Below are positions 9,174-18,367 of a stretch of DNA of 40,219 bases, piece by piece. The translations under genes and the position numbers were made by a program. The stretch spans positions 1-40,219 of the IMG/VR virus record IMGVR_UViG_3300038379_000388. One strand, written 5' to 3'. Numbering within the stretch: the stretch's first letter is position 1; each line of letters starts with the position of its first letter. The notes under the pieces are model-generated. The model was not told the origin of the DNA, searched no databases, and saw only the letters and a program-made list of their open reading frames with translations. Source of the stretch: a virus (lineage: Duplodnaviria; Caudoviricetes).

Positions 9174-9586
9174 CAGTGGACCTCCGCGCGCATCACCACG
9201 CCGAGTCGCTCCGGCCGAAACTCAGGGAACAGCCTCTCGTAGACCTTCGGGTGGTCCGTCTCGAAGAACACGTGCGTGTGGCCGCGCTGCTTCGCCTCCT
9301 GCTGCGCCACGAAACACGCAATCCTGACCACCGCCTTCGCGAGCCGCGGACTCCGGTAGGTGCGGTCGATGATCAGCGTGTCGATCGTGATGCCGCGGTG
9401 GAATGCGTTGTCGGATAGGCAGAAGAGCGCCGCCGGCTCCTCGTTCGCACCCACGTAGATCGCGTACGCGCGCCAGTCGGTGTCCGCTAGCGCCTCGTCG
9501 AGCACTAGATTCAGGTCCCAGTCCTTCTGGCGCAGGAGCCGCTCAGGAACCCGGTCGAGCGTCGTTCGTTCGATGGTGAGGTTCAC
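9173..9586 (-). CDS. GNAT-fold-like virion assembly protein (T7 gp13-like position)
   Basis: The likely start is GTG 9586 after GGAG. IDTLIIDRTYRSPRLAKAVVRIACFVAQQEAKQRGHTHVFFET resembles GNAT motifs A/B. It lies between the tail and ejection genes. Confidence 0.55.
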   Translation of the reverse strand: MNLTIERTTLDRVPERLLRQKDWDLNLVLDEALADTDWRAYAIYVGANEEPAALFCLSDNAFHRGITIDTLIIDRTYRSPRLAKAVVRIACFVAQQEAKQRGHTHVFFETDHPKVYERLFPEFRPERLGVVMRAEVH

Positions 9587-9590
9587 GCTG

Positions 9591-10007
9591 CTACTCCAGG
9601 TACGAAGTGAGGCCACCCTGCACGGCTACCGCACCTGAGAGCGTCATCACGAAGTCGTCGCCAGTGGCACGCGCGCGGAAGATGGGCTGGCCGCCGTTGC
9701 TCCAGATCAGCTCGCCGGCACCGGAGAAGACGTGCGGCCCGCTGATCACGGTGCTCCCCGACTTGAACGTCACGTTCACGGGCCCCACAGCCCGGATGCG
9801 CAGGTACGTGATGCAGAAGCGCTTTCCGTCCTGCACCGCGAGCAGCACGTGGTCGGCCGCCGTGTTCTTGTCGATCACGTAGGGAAGGACGTCGTTACGC
9901 ATGGCATCCACCGCCGAGCGACCGAGCTCTGCCACGAGGACACGCACGAGCTCTACGCCCCACGCCTGCCACGAGCCGTAGTCGCGCGGAAGCGGAAGCG
10001 CCCTCAT
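9591..10007 (-). CDS. Putative tail accessory protein
   Basis: 138 aa with an N-terminal helix and a beta-rich C-terminal domain. ATGA overlap with the nozzle gene. Confidence 0.55.
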   Translation of the reverse strand: MRALPLPRDYGSWQAWGVELVRVLVAELGRSAVDAMRNDVLPYVIDKNTAADHVLLAVQDGKRFCITYLRIRAVGPVNVTFKSGSTVISGPHVFSGAGELIWSNGGQPIFRARATGDDFVMTLSGAVAVQGGLTSYLE

Positions 10008-11836
10008 GCGACCTCACGTCCCACCCCCACGCGGGCGAAGTACGGCACCACGGCGTCGATGCCCTTGCCCGAGAGGCCGCGCGCCTCGAGCTCGATCGTG
10101 TGGCGCTCGGCGATCTGGTTGGCAGGCACACGCCGGCGTACCTTCGTCGCGTCGATCGGCGTGGCCGTGGACCCGAGGTCCCGCTCGACCACGGCGTAGG
10201 GCGCGTCTCGGTACTGGCGCGCCAGGCGCACGGTCACCTTCGCCAGCGCCACGCGATCCGCGATCACGTCCACGTGCCCGAGCCGGCAGCGGTCGAGCTT
10301 GTACGGGTTCAACTGCTGCGACTTCGCGCGACCCACGATCTCGGAGCCGTTGTCCGTGTCCTCCACGTCGAACTCGTAGACCCGCCCCGTCGGGTTGAAG
10401 TCGCCGCCCAGGATCGACGGGAACGCGACCTGGAGCCGATATTCGTCGAACGGCTCCTCCCAGTCGTCGAAGTCCTCCGAGTGCTCGTCCCATGTGAGCG
10501 TTCCGATGCGCCGGTAGCGGCCCCAGCAGTTCACGGCAAAGCTGAAGCGCGCGAAGCTCGCGTTCGTGGTCGAGAGCACGAGCGTCTTGCTAGGCGTCTC
10601 GGCATCCTTCGCGACCACCGACCACCAGACCTCCTTGTGCTCCGGCACGACGAGCGCCGAGGTCCAGTAGGAGAACTCGGCATTCACGAGGTCGCGGATC
10701 AGGTGCGGGTTGGTGCTCTCGTCGGCGTCGTCCACGCGCAGGCCGTTGCATTCGATCAGCGCATGGGTCCCAATCGCGAGTACCGCGCGGTCCACCGCGA
10801 CGGCCCCGAAGGAGCTGTCGCACCCGCGGGTCGTCGAGAGGTTCTCCCAGGAGTACGGGAAGATCGGGTCCCCGGTGTACCTGAACGCCCACGTCTCACC
10901 GCCCTCGCAGAAGTAGAGGATCGTGTCGCCGAGGACGACGGCGCTCAGAATCGCCGCCTCACTCGGGATGTCGGACCAGCGGTTGAGGTCGAGCTTCTCC
11001 GGGTTGTTCACCACCGAGAGCCAGACGCGCCCGAGGTAGAACGTCCCGTCGATCTTGAGCCCTGCGTAGAGCACGCGATCGCGGTGACGCGTGATGAGCC
11101 GCGCCGTATCCACGTGGTTCGAGCCATCCCCCACGGTGTCGAGCGTGTAGACGCCGAGCGATGCTCCGACCACCTTGCGCGGTCGGTTCACGTTGTCGGA
11201 GAAGTAGACGGCATCGCGGAACTCGCACACCACGAGGCGATCCGAGGCGCCCCCGGGCGTCCCCGTCCAGTCGATGCCGAAGTGGTCCTCGAACCGCTCC
11301 TGGACGGTGCTCCAGAGGTACGCGCGCGTCGGCGTGAAGGCCCAGAGGCGCTCAAGCCGCGTCGAGCCGTCGTAGGAGTTGATGATCCCGAGAATGGGAG
11401 CGCCGGATTCGTACTCGTACGTAATCAGGATGCTGTCGAGCGCGCACGGGGCGCCCCACGTGATCGACCATACGCCCGTCGCGTAGTTGATCGTCCCGGT
11501 GCCGCTCCCCACGAGGTTCCCGGCCCCGTCGTCAGTCACCGTCTGGGCGCCGCAGACGAACGTCACCTTGTAGGTGCTCGGCGCGACCTCGGCCGGATGC
11601 ACCGGGAGCTCGGTCAGCGTCCCGCCCGTCACCGTCAGGCCGAGATTCCCGCCGTCCGTATCGACCTGCTCCGGGTAGCAGGTGCCGAACACCCGATACC
11701 CGCGGCGCACCTCGAGCCGGCCGCGGCGCACCACCATGTCGTCGAGATCGCGCCATGTCTGCTCAGGCGCGATCCACGGCTCCTTCGCTCCGTAGAGGCC
11801 CACGCTCACGTCGGCGATCGGGTACGGCTCGTACAT
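10004..11836 (-). CDS. Tail nozzle / packaged-DNA stabilisation protein (P22 gp10 or T7 gp12-like beta-propeller)
   Basis: The likely start is ATG 11836 (TGATG overlap), 610 aa. N-terminus GLYGAKEPWIAP...DMVVRRGRLEVRRGY; propeller-like repeats; RVWLSVVNNPE; beta-sandwich C-terminus. Confidence 0.75.
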   Translation of the reverse strand: MYEPYPIADVSVGLYGAKEPWIAPEQTWRDLDDMVVRRGRLEVRRGYRVFGTCYPEQVDTDGGNLGLTVTGGTLTELPVHPAEVAPSTYKVTFVCGAQTVTDDGAGNLVGSGTGTINYATGVWSITWGAPCALDSILITYEYESGAPILGIINSYDGSTRLERLWAFTPTRAYLWSTVQERFEDHFGIDWTGTPGGASDRLVVCEFRDAVYFSDNVNRPRKVVGASLGVYTLDTVGDGSNHVDTARLITRHRDRVLYAGLKIDGTFYLGRVWLSVVNNPEKLDLNRWSDIPSEAAILSAVVLGDTILYFCEGGETWAFRYTGDPIFPYSWENLSTTRGCDSSFGAVAVDRAVLAIGTHALIECNGLRVDDADESTNPHLIRDLVNAEFSYWTSALVVPEHKEVWWSVVAKDAETPSKTLVLSTTNASFARFSFAVNCWGRYRRIGTLTWDEHSEDFDDWEEPFDEYRLQVAFPSILGGDFNPTGRVYEFDVEDTDNGSEIVGRAKSQQLNPYKLDRCRLGHVDVIADRVALAKVTVRLARQYRDAPYAVVERDLGSTATPIDATKVRRRVPANQIAERHTIELEARGLSGKGIDAVVPYFARVGVGREVA

Positions 11837-12696
11837 CAGACGTTCGCCATCCAGAGGCGCAGATCGACGCGCGGGCCGAAGCTCGCCTCCCACGCCGTCG
11901 AGTTGACTGTGCAGTTTTGGCTCGACCAGACGCGGATCGAAGCCGTTTGGGTCGCGTTCGGCGTGATGACCAGAAGCGTGCGGCGACACACGAACTCAGC
12001 GATCCCGCCGGCCACGATGTTCGCGGCCCCGGCGTGGTAGTACGTGTACGCACCAGCCCCAGGCTTGAGGCCAACCTGGGCGTGGACCTTCGCCGTGGCA
12101 CCGCTCACGTTGAACACGCTGAACGTCGCCTCGACCTCGACTTGGAGGGAGACGGCCGTCGGTAGGCTGGTCAGCGCCACCTCGAAATCGACGCCCGCCG
12201 ACGCCTCGATGGTCTTCCAGTTCCCCGTGGTGAGAGCGCCCTCGTAGGTCGTGAAGTTGTGCGCGTCCGAGCCAGCGCGCGCGCGCAAGAACTGCCACGA
12301 GGAACCGTTCCAGACCGTCGCGGCGTAGCCGCCGTCGGTCAGAATCCAGAGGTAGCCGGTCGGGAGCGTGTCGGTCAGCGCGTTGCGCTGCGCTAGCGTT
12401 CCGACGCCGTAGCCCAGGTACTGATCCCAGGTCGTTCCGTTGTGTCCTTCGACGAATTTGAGCGTCGAACGGAGAAACACGTTGCCGTCCGCCGGCGCCG
12501 TGATCGCGGTGCCACGGTCGGTGAGCGAGCCGCGCGCGAACTTGTGGCGGCCGCGCCGCGCTGCGCTCGCGTTGTCGGGGAAGTAGTGCTCCGCCGCGAT
12601 GCGCTCCTCGAGCGCGTTCATGTTCTGGCGGATCTTGTCGTCGCCGAGGTTGGCCGCCTCGGAACCTACCGGCCAAGTCTTGTCGAAGTCCACCAC
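11836..12696 (-). CDS. Short tail fibre / fibre-anchor protein
   Basis: 286 aa. N-terminus FDKTWPVGSEAANLGDDKIRQNMNAL resembles podophage fibre anchors. GTLAQR/GSLTDR and W-N-G-x-x-W fibre-shaft motifs. Beta-sandwich tip. No signal peptide. Confidence 0.7.
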   Translation of the reverse strand: MVDFDKTWPVGSEAANLGDDKIRQNMNALEERIAAEHYFPDNASAARRGRHKFARGSLTDRGTAITAPADGNVFLRSTLKFVEGHNGTTWDQYLGYGVGTLAQRNALTDTLPTGYLWILTDGGYAATVWNGSSWQFLRARAGSDAHNFTTYEGALTTGNWKTIEASAGVDFEVALTSLPTAVSLQVEVEATFSVFNVSGATAKVHAQVGLKPGAGAYTYYHAGAANIVAGGIAEFVCRRTLLVITPNATQTASIRVWSSQNCTVNSTAWEASFGPRVDLRLWMANV

Positions 12697-12698
12697 GG

Positions 12699-13343
12699 CT
12701 AGAAGTCCGCCCGCAGGCGGTAGCTCGTGGGTCGAGCCAGGCTTCGCGCGCGCATCCTCGCCACGACCGCCGGGAAGGCCGCGTCGTAGCGCTGCGCGAT
12801 GTCGTCGTAGCCGAGGTCACGCGCCACCTTCGCCGTGGCCCCGCGGATCACGGCCTCGGCCGTGAGTGAGTTCGCGATGCCGTCCGCCTCGAGCTCCTCG
12901 CGGTAGAGCTGGCAGGGCACGACGGCCGTGTATGCCTGGTCCGGGATCGGCCGGAACGTGAGCGACGAGCCGCGCACGAGCACCTCGGTAGGTCGCCCCT
13001 GCGCCGTGTCCTCTCTGTCCCACTCGGACCAGAAGTCCTCGGTGCGCGTGTAGCGGCATAGCGGAATCGTGTCGCCCAGGATCCACAGATCGCTCTGCGT
13101 CGCGCGCACCATGCCGGCGTTCGCTGCGCCGACGTCCGCTGCGCTCTCGAGGTCGTACGTCTCCTGACCGGGCACGAGCGCGAAGCGCACCTCGCCCTCC
13201 CGGAAGGTCCCGGGCACGAGATCCACCAAGTCAAACTGCCAGACGTAGTTCGCCGCGGCGAGGAGACGCGTTCCGTCGAGCACGTCTCCGGCTGCGTCTC
13301 CCAGGTTCACCCGTATGGCTGCCACGATCTCGTCGCGCGTCAT
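12699..13343 (-). CDS. Head-tail adaptor (tail tubular A-like)
   Basis: 214 aa. MTRDEIVAAIR, LVPGQETYDL, GRPTEV, LTFRPIPDQAY and a terminal helical bundle. Follows the capsid genes. Confidence 0.8.
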   Translation of the reverse strand: MTRDEIVAAIRVNLGDAAGDVLDGTRLLAAANYVWQFDLVDLVPGTFREGEVRFALVPGQETYDLESAADVGAANAGMVRATQSDLWILGDTIPLCRYTRTEDFWSEWDREDTAQGRPTEVLVRGSSLTFRPIPDQAYTAVVPCQLYREELEADGIANSLTAEAVIRGATAKVARDLGYDDIAQRYDAAFPAVVARMRARSLARPTSYRLRADF

Positions 13344-13362
13344 GCACTCTCTCGAAGGGTTC

Positions 13363-13398
13363 GGGCGGTCCGGGGAAAGCGACTACCCCGGACCGCCC
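13363..13398. terminator. Perfect 13-bp stem hairpin after the capsid/decoration genes (terminator or mRNA-stabilising)
   Basis: GGGCGGTCCGGGG-N10-CCCCGGACCGCCC. No U-tract on the transcribed (minus) strand; TTT follows on the plus strand. Confidence 0.6.
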
Positions 13399-13424
13399 TT
13401 TCACGAGGAGGCCGCACCCCCCTG

Positions 13425-13856
13425 TTACGCGGCTTCCCGATCCTGGTTGATCCCGGCGACGAGGACCGCCACCATGATCACCGGCGCGTTGGCCGGCGCG
13501 GTGCTCGACACGTCGAGCACCACGTCCACGGTGGACGACGCGGTTGCGGGGATCACCTTGGCCCCCTTGGCCGTCGTGGGGATCACGTTGTTTGCGTGCC
13601 CACCGGCCGTCTTCAGGTCGATCGCGCCCGAGAGGGCGATGTCACCGCCCGTGTTCTCGAGGTTGACCGTGCCGGTGACAGTCGTCCCCGTCGCGGCGGT
13701 GTCCACGCGGACCTGCGCATCGAGAATGCGAGCGTCCTTCGGCAACGTGAAGAGCACGTTGCGGTCGGTGTTCGCGATCGTCGGCGTGCAGACCCGCACG
13801 AGCCACGTCCCCTCGTCGAGGGCGTGCTTCTGGTGCCTGTCGGCTGTGAGAACCAT
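13425..13856 (-). CDS. Capsid decoration / cement-like protein
   Basis: ATG 13856 with RBS GGAGGGCCGGAGAAC; 143 aa. LFTLPKDARILDAQVRVDTA is a beta-sandwich pattern typical of the gene after the major capsid gene. Confidence 0.7.
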   Translation of the reverse strand: MVLTADRHQKHALDEGTWLVRVCTPTIANTDRNVLFTLPKDARILDAQVRVDTAATGTTVTGTVNLENTGGDIALSGAIDLKTAGGHANNVIPTTAKGAKVIPATASSTVDVVLDVSSTAPANAPVIMVAVLVAGINQDREAA

Positions 13857-13873
13857 GTTCTCCGGCCCTCCGC

Positions 13874-14920
13874 CTACGAGCTCGGCGCGTCGATGGTCGC
13901 GACGCGGATGAGCCCGTAGTCCTTCGAGTTGAACCGCGCCTTCTTCACGCCGAAGATCGACGCCACGCCGACGCCCGTGAGCTCGCCGTAGTCGTCCACG
14001 TCCTCGACGATCGAGAACAGGTCGCGGCTGCTCTCCACCTGGCGGCCGAGCTTCGAGTACGGGTTGCCGAACCCGATGTGCCCGGCCTGCGCGCCCAGGA
14101 GGAGCCCGTAGTTCGTGTTGCTCGCGGCGATGCGCGGCAGGTAGGTGCTCTCGTGAATCACCACCCCGTCCCACATGCCGACGGCCCCGTTGAATAGCGG
14201 GTTCTCCTCGCCCCGGTTCGCCGCCTGCGCGACAAAGCTCCGCCAGGCGTCCACACCCGTCCCCTCCTTGAGCGAGGTGATCTGGTACGGGTGGAGGAGC
14301 AGCACGAACCAGTCTCGCCCGTCGAACCGCGCGGGGCGGATCGGCGGATCCATCATCACGGCCATCTCCTTGAGGGTCGTGACGTAGGAGAGCAGGAATT
14401 GGCCCGCGCCCGTCTTGTCGAGCGCGTGCCCCGCGTCGGGAGCCGTGAGCGTGAAGCCGTTGAAGCTCACGGCGGCGGCCAGGTCGGCGTTGTCGCCGGC
14501 CGTACCGCAGAGCGAGGCGAGAAGGAACTCCTCGAACACCCGCGCGTAGAAGTCGGCGAGCTGATCCATCGCCGCCGCGCGGTAGTCGTGGAGCGTCCGC
14601 TGTTGCGTCATGGTGTCGTACCGGACGCCTTCGCGGAGCTGGTCGATCAGGAACGAGTCCTGATACCACGTGAGGGCCTGCTCGTTGCCCTTCAGCGTGT
14701 TCGACCCGTGGATGCCGTAGCCGCCGAGCCTGACCAGCAGGTCGTACTTGATCTGGTCTCCGCGCTCCTTCTTCAGGTCCGTGTGGAGCTGGATGATGGA
14801 GCCGGCGTCCGTGCCCATGAACCGCCGTGCGTACGTGCGGTTGATGGCCTCGCGCGCCATCCAGGGCGACCAGCGCTTGACCGCCTGCGGATCGGACGTG
14901 CCGATCTGCGACAGGGCCAT
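13874..14920 (-). CDS. Major capsid protein, N4-gp56 / DUF4043 family
   Basis: AVKRWS, DLKKERGDQIKYDLLVRL, LKGNEQAL, IDQLREGV, QQRTLHDYR, LHPYQITSL, NPLFNGAVGMWDGVVIHE, LLLGAQA, EDVDDYG and FGVKKARFNSKDYG. Confidence 0.93.
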   Translation of the reverse strand: MALSQIGTSDPQAVKRWSPWMAREAINRTYARRFMGTDAGSIIQLHTDLKKERGDQIKYDLLVRLGGYGIHGSNTLKGNEQALTWYQDSFLIDQLREGVRYDTMTQQRTLHDYRAAAMDQLADFYARVFEEFLLASLCGTAGDNADLAAAVSFNGFTLTAPDAGHALDKTGAGQFLLSYVTTLKEMAVMMDPPIRPARFDGRDWFVLLLHPYQITSLKEGTGVDAWRSFVAQAANRGEENPLFNGAVGMWDGVVIHESTYLPRIAASNTNYGLLLGAQAGHIGFGNPYSKLGRQVESSRDLFSIVEDVDDYGELTGVGVASIFGVKKARFNSKDYGLIRVATIDAPSS

Positions 14921-15187
14921 GTCGATTCCCCTAGTCCGAGGGCGCTCTCAACCGCGACTGCGGACCCTCCGCTGTGCGGAGAGCGCCGTTTCGGTCGCGG
15001 GGCGGTCGCTGTGTTCGCGCCCTGGCCCGGGGGTCCGGGCCCTCTCGGATATCGCTCCGAGGCGGCGGGAGTGGAACGACGCTCCCTGCTACGTCCCGTT
15101 CGCCCGATCTCGCTCGGCGGCGGCGGCGGTCGGGTGAGGCCGCATGTTCAACCCGACCATCGAGGTACTCGCTCAAGCGATCCCGGG
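14921..15187 (-). promoter_or_regulatory. 267-nt structured leader between the scaffold and major capsid genes
   Basis: It is one of very few long non-coding gaps in the genome. Several stems (15024..15041, 15044..15061, 15104..15117, 15128..15158) and interleaved pairings 14941-49/14979-87 and 14952-58/14994-15000. Confidence 0.5.
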
Positions 15188-16243
15188 TCAAGAGGCGGCC
15201 GAGAGCTCCTTCTCCGCGAGCTCGCCCATGAGCCGCTTGTACTCCTTCGCCTCGGCGTCGGTCCACTGGAGGACCGGCTTCGCTTGGAGCTCAGTGAGCC
15301 GCGTGCTCGAGGTGTCCGCCTCGCGCGGCGCGCGGCCCCTGGAGGCCATCGGACGCGGCTTCTCGGCCGGGACCCGACCGATCACCGGAGCCGGGTCGGA
15401 ATCGGCGGCCTGAGCCGGCGTAGCGCTCGCCTGCCGCGCCTTGTAGCGGCCGAGCACCTTGCGCATCCGCCCCGGCGACACGGTGACGGCGGCCGTAACC
15501 AGCGCCTCGACGTCCTCCATCGAGGTCGCGATGTCCGGGTACGCCGCCTGGAACTTCGGCAAGAGCCCGTTCGACTCGATGAACGCACAGACCCGCTCGA
15601 GGTCGGCCATCACGTCGCCCGTCGGATGTAGCGTCACCTGGGTTTCGACCTGCGCCTGCTGCACCAGGCCGTCGAGGTACTGGAAGCCCTCGACGAGCCG
15701 CGCCATCGGCTTCGCGTTCTCGGCCGGGTCCTCGAGCACGATCGACAGGCGTGCCGACTCAACGCGCGCCACGTAGGCCGCCGCCGGGTCCTGCGGCGCC
15801 GGGCTCTGGCTCACGTACTGGGTCAACGCCTCGGGCTTTACGTACGGCTGCCCGTTCTCGTCGATCTCGATGGGGATTCGCCCCGGCTTCGCTCCGGGCT
15901 GCGCAGCGGGCGGTGCGCCCTGCGGCGCGGGGGCCGCGGCGATGGCCGGCGTCGCGACCGGGCCATGCTGGCGAAGCTGCGTACGGAGCTCGGAGAGCGT
16001 GCGCACGAAGCCCTGGCGCTCGGCCTGTCGCTCTTGCTCGAGCGTGGCGAGGCGCGCCTCGAGCTGCTCGACCGTAAGCGGCGCGGGCTCGGGCGCCGCG
16101 CCCGCGGCGGTCGGCTCGGGGGCGGGGTCCACAGCCGGCGCGGCCGTGGCAGGCTCGGGAGCCGGTGCCAGCTCGGGCTGCGGGCTCGGCTCCGGCTCGG
16201 GGGCCTTGGCTTCGTCGAGCTGATTCAGGAGGTCATCGCTCAT
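15188..16243 (-). CDS. Capsid scaffolding protein (putative)
   Basis: 351 aa with a Pro/Ala/Glu-rich disordered N-terminus and a coiled coil, located between the portal and capsid genes. Confidence 0.75.
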   Translation of the reverse strand: MSDDLLNQLDEAKAPEPEPSPQPELAPAPEPATAAPAVDPAPEPTAAGAAPEPAPLTVEQLEARLATLEQERQAERQGFVRTLSELRTQLRQHGPVATPAIAAAPAPQGAPPAAQPGAKPGRIPIEIDENGQPYVKPEALTQYVSQSPAPQDPAAAYVARVESARLSIVLEDPAENAKPMARLVEGFQYLDGLVQQAQVETQVTLHPTGDVMADLERVCAFIESNGLLPKFQAAYPDIATSMEDVEALVTAAVTVSPGRMRKVLGRYKARQASATPAQAADSDPAPVIGRVPAEKPRPMASRGRAPREADTSSTRLTELQAKPVLQWTDAEAKEYKRLMGELAEKELSAAS

Positions 16244-16258
16244 GGGGTCGCCTTTCGT

Positions 16259-18361
16259 CTACTGCTGGACCGCTTCACCCGACCTCGGGTCCCCCCCGAA
16301 CATCGTCTGCAAGCGGAGCTTCTCGGCCTCGTCGGCCTTCTCCCAGAGCGCGAGGAACGCGAGCCACGCATCGGTCGCCGACTCCACGCGGTCGATCTTC
16401 TGCTGCCGCTTGCGGTCGGCCGACTCTTCCATCGCCTTTCGCTGGTCGAGCTCGAAGCGCGCACCCTTGAGCGCCACCTCACCGGCCATGAGCGCGCGCT
16501 GCGCCTTCTGCTCCTCGGCGGCCTGCTTCGCCGTGCCCTCGCGCACCTGGCGCGCGTAGCCCTTGAGCCGCTCGGACATCGACCGGCTCCCCGCGACGAG
16601 CTCTAGCAGCACCTCGGGATCGACCGGCGTCATGGGGGCGATGGCGAGCACCTGGAGTAGCACGTTGAGCTGCGACAGGCGCTGCATCTCGCTCGCCTCG
16701 CTCGGCTGGAGCTCGATGTCGTAGCGGAGATTGCGAAGATCGCGGATCTGGATCTGCTCCTTGCGCTCCGTATCCACGATTACGCCACCGGGCGCGATCT
16801 GGTAGCGCTCCGAGGAGCCGAGGAGCGCGAGAATCTGATCATCCGGCATCGCGGCGACGATCGTCTCGACCACGCGACGGGCAATGCCCTTCTGGTAGCG
16901 GTGGAAGTTGCGCAGCACGCCCTGTAGCGAGCGGATCGCCTTCTTCTCGCGCAGCGCCACGGTCGCCGCGGCCTCGACTGCGCGCGCCGGACTCTCGGCG
17001 TCCATGAAGATCCCGGAGATTCGGTCCACCATTTCTACCGCGACCTGGAGTCGCCTCGCAGCAGCGTCCGAGTAGACCGGCACTTGGCGCGGCTGCACCT
17101 TCCCGCCCGTGAGTCCGCCGTCGTTCACGATCGCGACGCTTCCGCCCTTGGCGTTGTCCTCCTCGAACGTCTCCTTGTCGTCGATCGCGCTCGCCTCGGC
17201 GATCCAGCCGGGCTTCGACTGCGCCATCATGTGGTCGAGCGAGACGCTGTGCGCCTTGTTCACGTCGCGCTGCGGGTCGATCAGATTGCGCAGCGGCCCG
17301 AACGAGCAGCCCGTCTTGCCGTCGATGTAGCAGGGGAACGGCTCGATCGAGAAGCCCTCGTAAGGTTCTGGCAGCACGTCCTCGAAGAGCACCTTCGAGC
17401 CCATGAACTCGATGACGCGGACCTCGTGGTCCCAGACGCGGAGCACCGAGACGCCCTGGAACGCAGGCACGCCTGCGCCCTGCTCGATCATCACGGCGAG
17501 CTCGTCGTCGATCTGCTTCACCTGGCCGTCGGGCGTCTCTACCCACGGGCGCTTCACGGGCTGGAGGTACTCGCAGCGAATGATCTTGACCTCGCGCTTC
17601 TCGCGCGATACGTAGAGCCCGCCGTCGTCGTAGTCGCCGCGCCGCCCGCCCCAGGCGCCACCGGCGCCACCGGCCGGGACCTGCGCGGAGCCCGCGTAGT
17701 AGCTAGACTCGCCCTCCATCATCGAGTCGAGGGCCGCCCGGTGCTGCGGGTACTCGCGCAGGAACTCCTCGCGCGAAACCCATCGGTGCTGGAACCAATC
17801 GCGCGCATCGGCTCTAGAGCGCCGCGTCGCGGTCGGGTCCGGGAGTATTTCGGTCGGGTCGAGCGGGTCGATGTGGATCGAGATCCAGCTCGGGCGCTTG
17901 GGATCGCGCGTCGCGGTAAGCTGTGCGTAGCCCTCTCCCGTGACCACGCCAGCCTCGTAAACCTGTGAATCCACTTCATCCGCCCCAGCGTCCTCTAGCA
18001 CGCGCTGAAGCAGCGCATCCACCACCTCGGCGGTTCCGACATCCTTCCCGTCCAATGGCGCGATGCGCGGCGAGCGCTTTCCATCCTCGTTCATGCCGAC
18101 GAGCGTCTGAATCTTCTGGAACACGACGTTCATGGTGAACGCCGCGCGCTTCTGCTCCTTCAGCACGCGGAGGTCTGCTTCGCGCCACTGCTGGCCGGCC
18201 ACGAATGAGAGCGCCTCGACCTTCTCACGAATCGAGTCCTTGAAGTGATTGCAGCGGTCCTCGTAGCGCTTTCGGAAGAGGCGGAGCTTGGCGTCCTCGC
18301 CCTTCTCCGACGCCTCGAAGAGGTCGCGCTCTTGATCGCTGCCGAGGCTCTCGTACGCCAT
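16259..18361 (-). CDS. Portal protein, P22-like
   Basis: 700 aa. FVAGQQW, KRAAFTMN, GVVTGEGY, ILPDP, FGPLRNLIDPQRDVNKAHS and a C-terminal coiled-coil barrel. Follows terL. Confidence 0.92.
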   Translation of the reverse strand: MAYESLGSDQERDLFEASEKGEDAKLRLFRKRYEDRCNHFKDSIREKVEALSFVAGQQWREADLRVLKEQKRAAFTMNVVFQKIQTLVGMNEDGKRSPRIAPLDGKDVGTAEVVDALLQRVLEDAGADEVDSQVYEAGVVTGEGYAQLTATRDPKRPSWISIHIDPLDPTEILPDPTATRRSRADARDWFQHRWVSREEFLREYPQHRAALDSMMEGESSYYAGSAQVPAGGAGGAWGGRRGDYDDGGLYVSREKREVKIIRCEYLQPVKRPWVETPDGQVKQIDDELAVMIEQGAGVPAFQGVSVLRVWDHEVRVIEFMGSKVLFEDVLPEPYEGFSIEPFPCYIDGKTGCSFGPLRNLIDPQRDVNKAHSVSLDHMMAQSKPGWIAEASAIDDKETFEEDNAKGGSVAIVNDGGLTGGKVQPRQVPVYSDAAARRLQVAVEMVDRISGIFMDAESPARAVEAAATVALREKKAIRSLQGVLRNFHRYQKGIARRVVETIVAAMPDDQILALLGSSERYQIAPGGVIVDTERKEQIQIRDLRNLRYDIELQPSEASEMQRLSQLNVLLQVLAIAPMTPVDPEVLLELVAGSRSMSERLKGYARQVREGTAKQAAEEQKAQRALMAGEVALKGARFELDQRKAMEESADRKRQQKIDRVESATDAWLAFLALWEKADEAEKLRLQTMFGGDPRSGEAVQQ

Positions 18362-18367
18362 TGTGTT

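Noticed and set aside
13425-14669. The decoration-gene frame is open for ~800 nt inside the capsid gene in the -1 frame, suggesting a T7 10B-like frameshift fusion
   Set aside because: I saw no slippery heptamer near the capsid 3' end, the downstream gene has its own RBS and ATG (13856), and long alternative frames are expected at this GC content.
14921-15187. tRNA or other known RNA gene in the long intergenic gap
   Set aside because: I found no cloverleaf or properly placed T-loop consensus by eye. It is reported only as a candidate structured leader.
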